DNA from: Candidatus Nanohaloarchaea archaeon
GTDB taxonomy: Archaea; Nanohalarchaeota; Nanosalinia; Nanosalinales; Nanosalinaceae
Length of the DNA stretch: 28,531 nt
Direction: 5' to 3'
Assembly (NCBI GenBank): GCA_047617745.1
Contig: JBLGBN010000011.1
Span: 1-28,531, forward strand
The notes under the pieces are model-generated. The model ran no database searches, was not told where the DNA came from, and saw only the letters and a program-made list of their open reading frames with translations. Shown one piece after another: positions 26,556-28,531 of this stretch. Both the position numbers and the translations under genes were made by a program. Each line of letters opens with the position of its first letter. Position 1 is the first letter of the stretch.

Positions 26556-26580
26556 GAATCCAGAATTAGGTCAAATACTC

Positions 26581-27084
26581 TTATGGCTCCTGCCCGGCTC
26601 TTTCCATTTCGACATAATAAAGCATCAGAAAAGCGGAGATGAATATCACGTTCTTGAAGACAAAGGCCGAAAACCCTCCAAGGTACCAGGGGAAGGTTAC
26701 AGCTCCCAGCTCTATCCAGGGCGGTTGAAACACTTCGAAGGGTATTATAACCAGCACCGCGAAACCTGTCGCCTGATGGATCAGGAAGGGCCAGAAAGCC
26801 AGTTTTATCTTTTTGAAGAAGAAAAGTACTGCCAGAGCTACTTCGTAAATCCCGATTATCAGAATAACAGTTCCCAAGGCTAGCGGTATACCTGTTTCAG
26901 CTAGCGCAGAACTTACCGGGAACCGGGGAGGTGATACAACAGGCGCCGGTTTCTGAATCCCGAAGTAGAAAAATACGAACGCAAAGCTGTAGTATAGGAG
27001 ATCAACTGTGTAATCGCCGATTCTCCCAACAAGAGAATCCTGGAAATCCTCAATTTTTCTCAGCTTATCCCTGATTCTCTCCAT
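26581..27084 (-). CDS. DoxX-like membrane protein
   Basis: About four TM helices, FVFFYFGIQK, IGIYEVALA, FVFKNVIFISA; TAATG-coupled to the upstream gene. Confidence 0.7.
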   Translation of the reverse strand: MERIRDKLRKIEDFQDSLVGRIGDYTVDLLYYSFAFVFFYFGIQKPAPVVSPPRFPVSSALAETGIPLALGTVILIIGIYEVALAVLFFFKKIKLAFWPFLIHQATGFAVLVIIPFEVFQPPWIELGAVTFPWYLGGFSAFVFKNVIFISAFLMLYYVEMERAGQEP

Positions 27085-28529
27085 TAACCCACCACCTCTA
27101 TTGATTCTTCTCTCCGGTCAATTATGTATCTCCGGTCCGGTTTTATGGATTCAAAACCAAACTCCTTCCCATCCGGATAAATTACTTTTAGAGATGTTAA
27201 ATTGCCCTCTAAACCGAAATGCGCCATCTGCGATTCCTGCGACATGAAATCACTTCTCGAGTTAAGAACCCTTCTCTGCACCCCTGCAGTTGTGTTCAGT
27301 AATAGCCTTGTGTTCGTGGATATGTAGTTTCCGGGCTTTAGCATAACCTGGAGGAAGCTACCTGAGGCGTTGGTATTTTCATAAAGCTTTAATGGCTCCG
27401 AATTATGCCTCGTTCTCTGATGTGTGGAAGCAACCAGGTCCAGTTTCCCGTCATTATTGAAATCTATCTTGGAAACCCCTCTGCTTGCATCGACCTCAAA
27501 ACCATGCCTGATCGAGTCTAGTCTTTGGAAGGAACCATTCTCCAGTCTCCTGAAAACTGACATCTGCCTGTACTTCCTCGGCGCCCGGTAATCATAGTGC
27601 CTGTTATCAGTAGCGTGTATTATCGACTGTCGTCCGTTATTCGAGAAATCGCTGAATGTGGAAGCCCAGCCCCAGCCCCCCTTTCTGATGTTGTACTCGG
27701 AAGCCTTATCCTCAAAACCGGAACCGTTGTTCATGAACATGTTATTGCCGAGTGGGAGCGGGACGTTGTCACCTACCAGCCTCTTTTCATGTTCATCGGT
27801 GAAGTTTTCAGGGTAGTATACATTTGTAACAAATATGTCCGGCCGGGAGTCGTTGTTGAAGAAACCTGTTTCACTTGACATAGCGTTCCTGTCCGACTCA
27901 GGCCCTATATCGACCGGTGTAAAAGTCCCGTTACCGTTATTTCTGTAGAAAATATCCCTGCCAAAGTCATTGGGCATGTAGATATCAGGATATTTGTTAC
28001 CCGAGAAGTCAGTGAAGGAAGCTGTGAAAGTGAAATAACCTTCACCGCCTATATTCGCCTTTTCATTTGCTTGTTCGAAGCTTTCACAGTTCCCCTCGTA
28101 GAAGTAGTTGGGGTAAGATGTTTCAGCGGTTGGCCTGTAATCCGGGTGCTCGTCATGCACCCTCTGCGCCTGATTGTAGAGAGTATCTCCTCCCCACTGC
28201 GTTATGAAGATATCCAGACACCCATCTCCATCATAATCGGCTGAAGCGGCTCCATAGGGCCGGGTTAACCTCTGGTCAAAACCGGCTTCGACCTTACTGA
28301 AACCCTCTCCCTGCCTGTTTTCCAGAAGTACAGGTTCTGCGTTCTGCCTGAGCAGGAGAAGATCGTCGTAACCTGACTTATCATAATCAAAGAAATGGGC
28401 TGCGGCGATGTTTCTATACTCCGAAAGGTAACCTGTTTTCCGAAACTCTCCCTTTCTGTTCTCGAAAAGCACAGCTTTATCTCCGTCTACACCAAGCACA
28501 TCCTCCCAGCCGTCATTGTTAAAGTCGTT
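27084..28529 (-). CDS. CRTAC1 family protein (FG-GAP/VCBS repeats + ASPIC/UnbV domain), 5'-truncated by window edge
   Basis: Frame is open to the window end (NDFNNDGWEDVL). Repeats DYDGDGCLDIF, DFNNDGKLDL; GWGW; C-terminal DFMSQESQMAHFGL...VIYPDG. Confidence 0.9.
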   Translation of the reverse strand, partial: NDFNNDGWEDVLGVDGDKAVLFENRKGEFRKTGYLSEYRNIAAAHFFDYDKSGYDDLLLLRQNAEPVLLENRQGEGFSKVEAGFDQRLTRPYGAASADYDGDGCLDIFITQWGGDTLYNQAQRVHDEHPDYRPTAETSYPNYFYEGNCESFEQANEKANIGGEGYFTFTASFTDFSGNKYPDIYMPNDFGRDIFYRNNGNGTFTPVDIGPESDRNAMSSETGFFNNDSRPDIFVTNVYYPENFTDEHEKRLVGDNVPLPLGNNMFMNNGSGFEDKASEYNIRKGGWGWASTFSDFSNNGRQSIIHATDNRHYDYRAPRKYRQMSVFRRLENGSFQRLDSIRHGFEVDASRGVSKIDFNNDGKLDLVASTHQRTRHNSEPLKLYENTNASGSFLQVMLKPGNYISTNTRLLLNTTAGVQRRVLNSRSDFMSQESQMAHFGLEGNLTSLKVIYPDGKEFGFESIKPDRRYIIDRREESIEVVG

Positions 28530-28531
28530 GA

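Noticed and set aside
125..27878. Numerous short antisense or alternate-frame ORFs in the track (e.g. 467-868, 952-1386, 6735-7214, 26554-26883)
   Set aside because: They are shadows of well-supported genes on the other strand or frame and have no recognisable motifs.

Overview
Gene-dense archaeal chromosome segment with very acidic proteins and mid-range GC, most consistent with a nanohaloarchaeon (DPANN; inferred, not proven). Left to right: the 3' part of a thermosome gene; a five-gene surface-protein operon (962-7908); a coiled-coil/low-complexity gene; a type IV pilus locus (seven class III signal peptide proteins, one ATPase, two T2SSF/TadBC membrane proteins); rfcL and rfcS; AK6-type adenylate kinase; thioredoxin; NDUFA9-like SDR; DUF456; an asparagine synthetase::diphthine-ammonia ligase fusion; nucS; a DoxX-like gene; and a partial CRTAC1/ASPIC-UnbV gene. 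The best candidate for an undescribed system is the 962-7908 operon. It begins with a short fibre-like protein carrying an internal twin-arginine motif behind an acidic coiled coil. A three-repeat adaptor-like protein follows, then three LamG proteins with no signal peptide, two of which carry polyglycine or Ig/lectin tips. This resembles a phage tail-fibre/adhesin module repurposed as a cell-surface attachment device. A second gene with the same coiled coil + RR architecture (25510-26182) is frameshifted at an A8 tract and lies between nucS and a decayed copy of the nucS 5' end. All family calls are by motif recognition; no searches were run.
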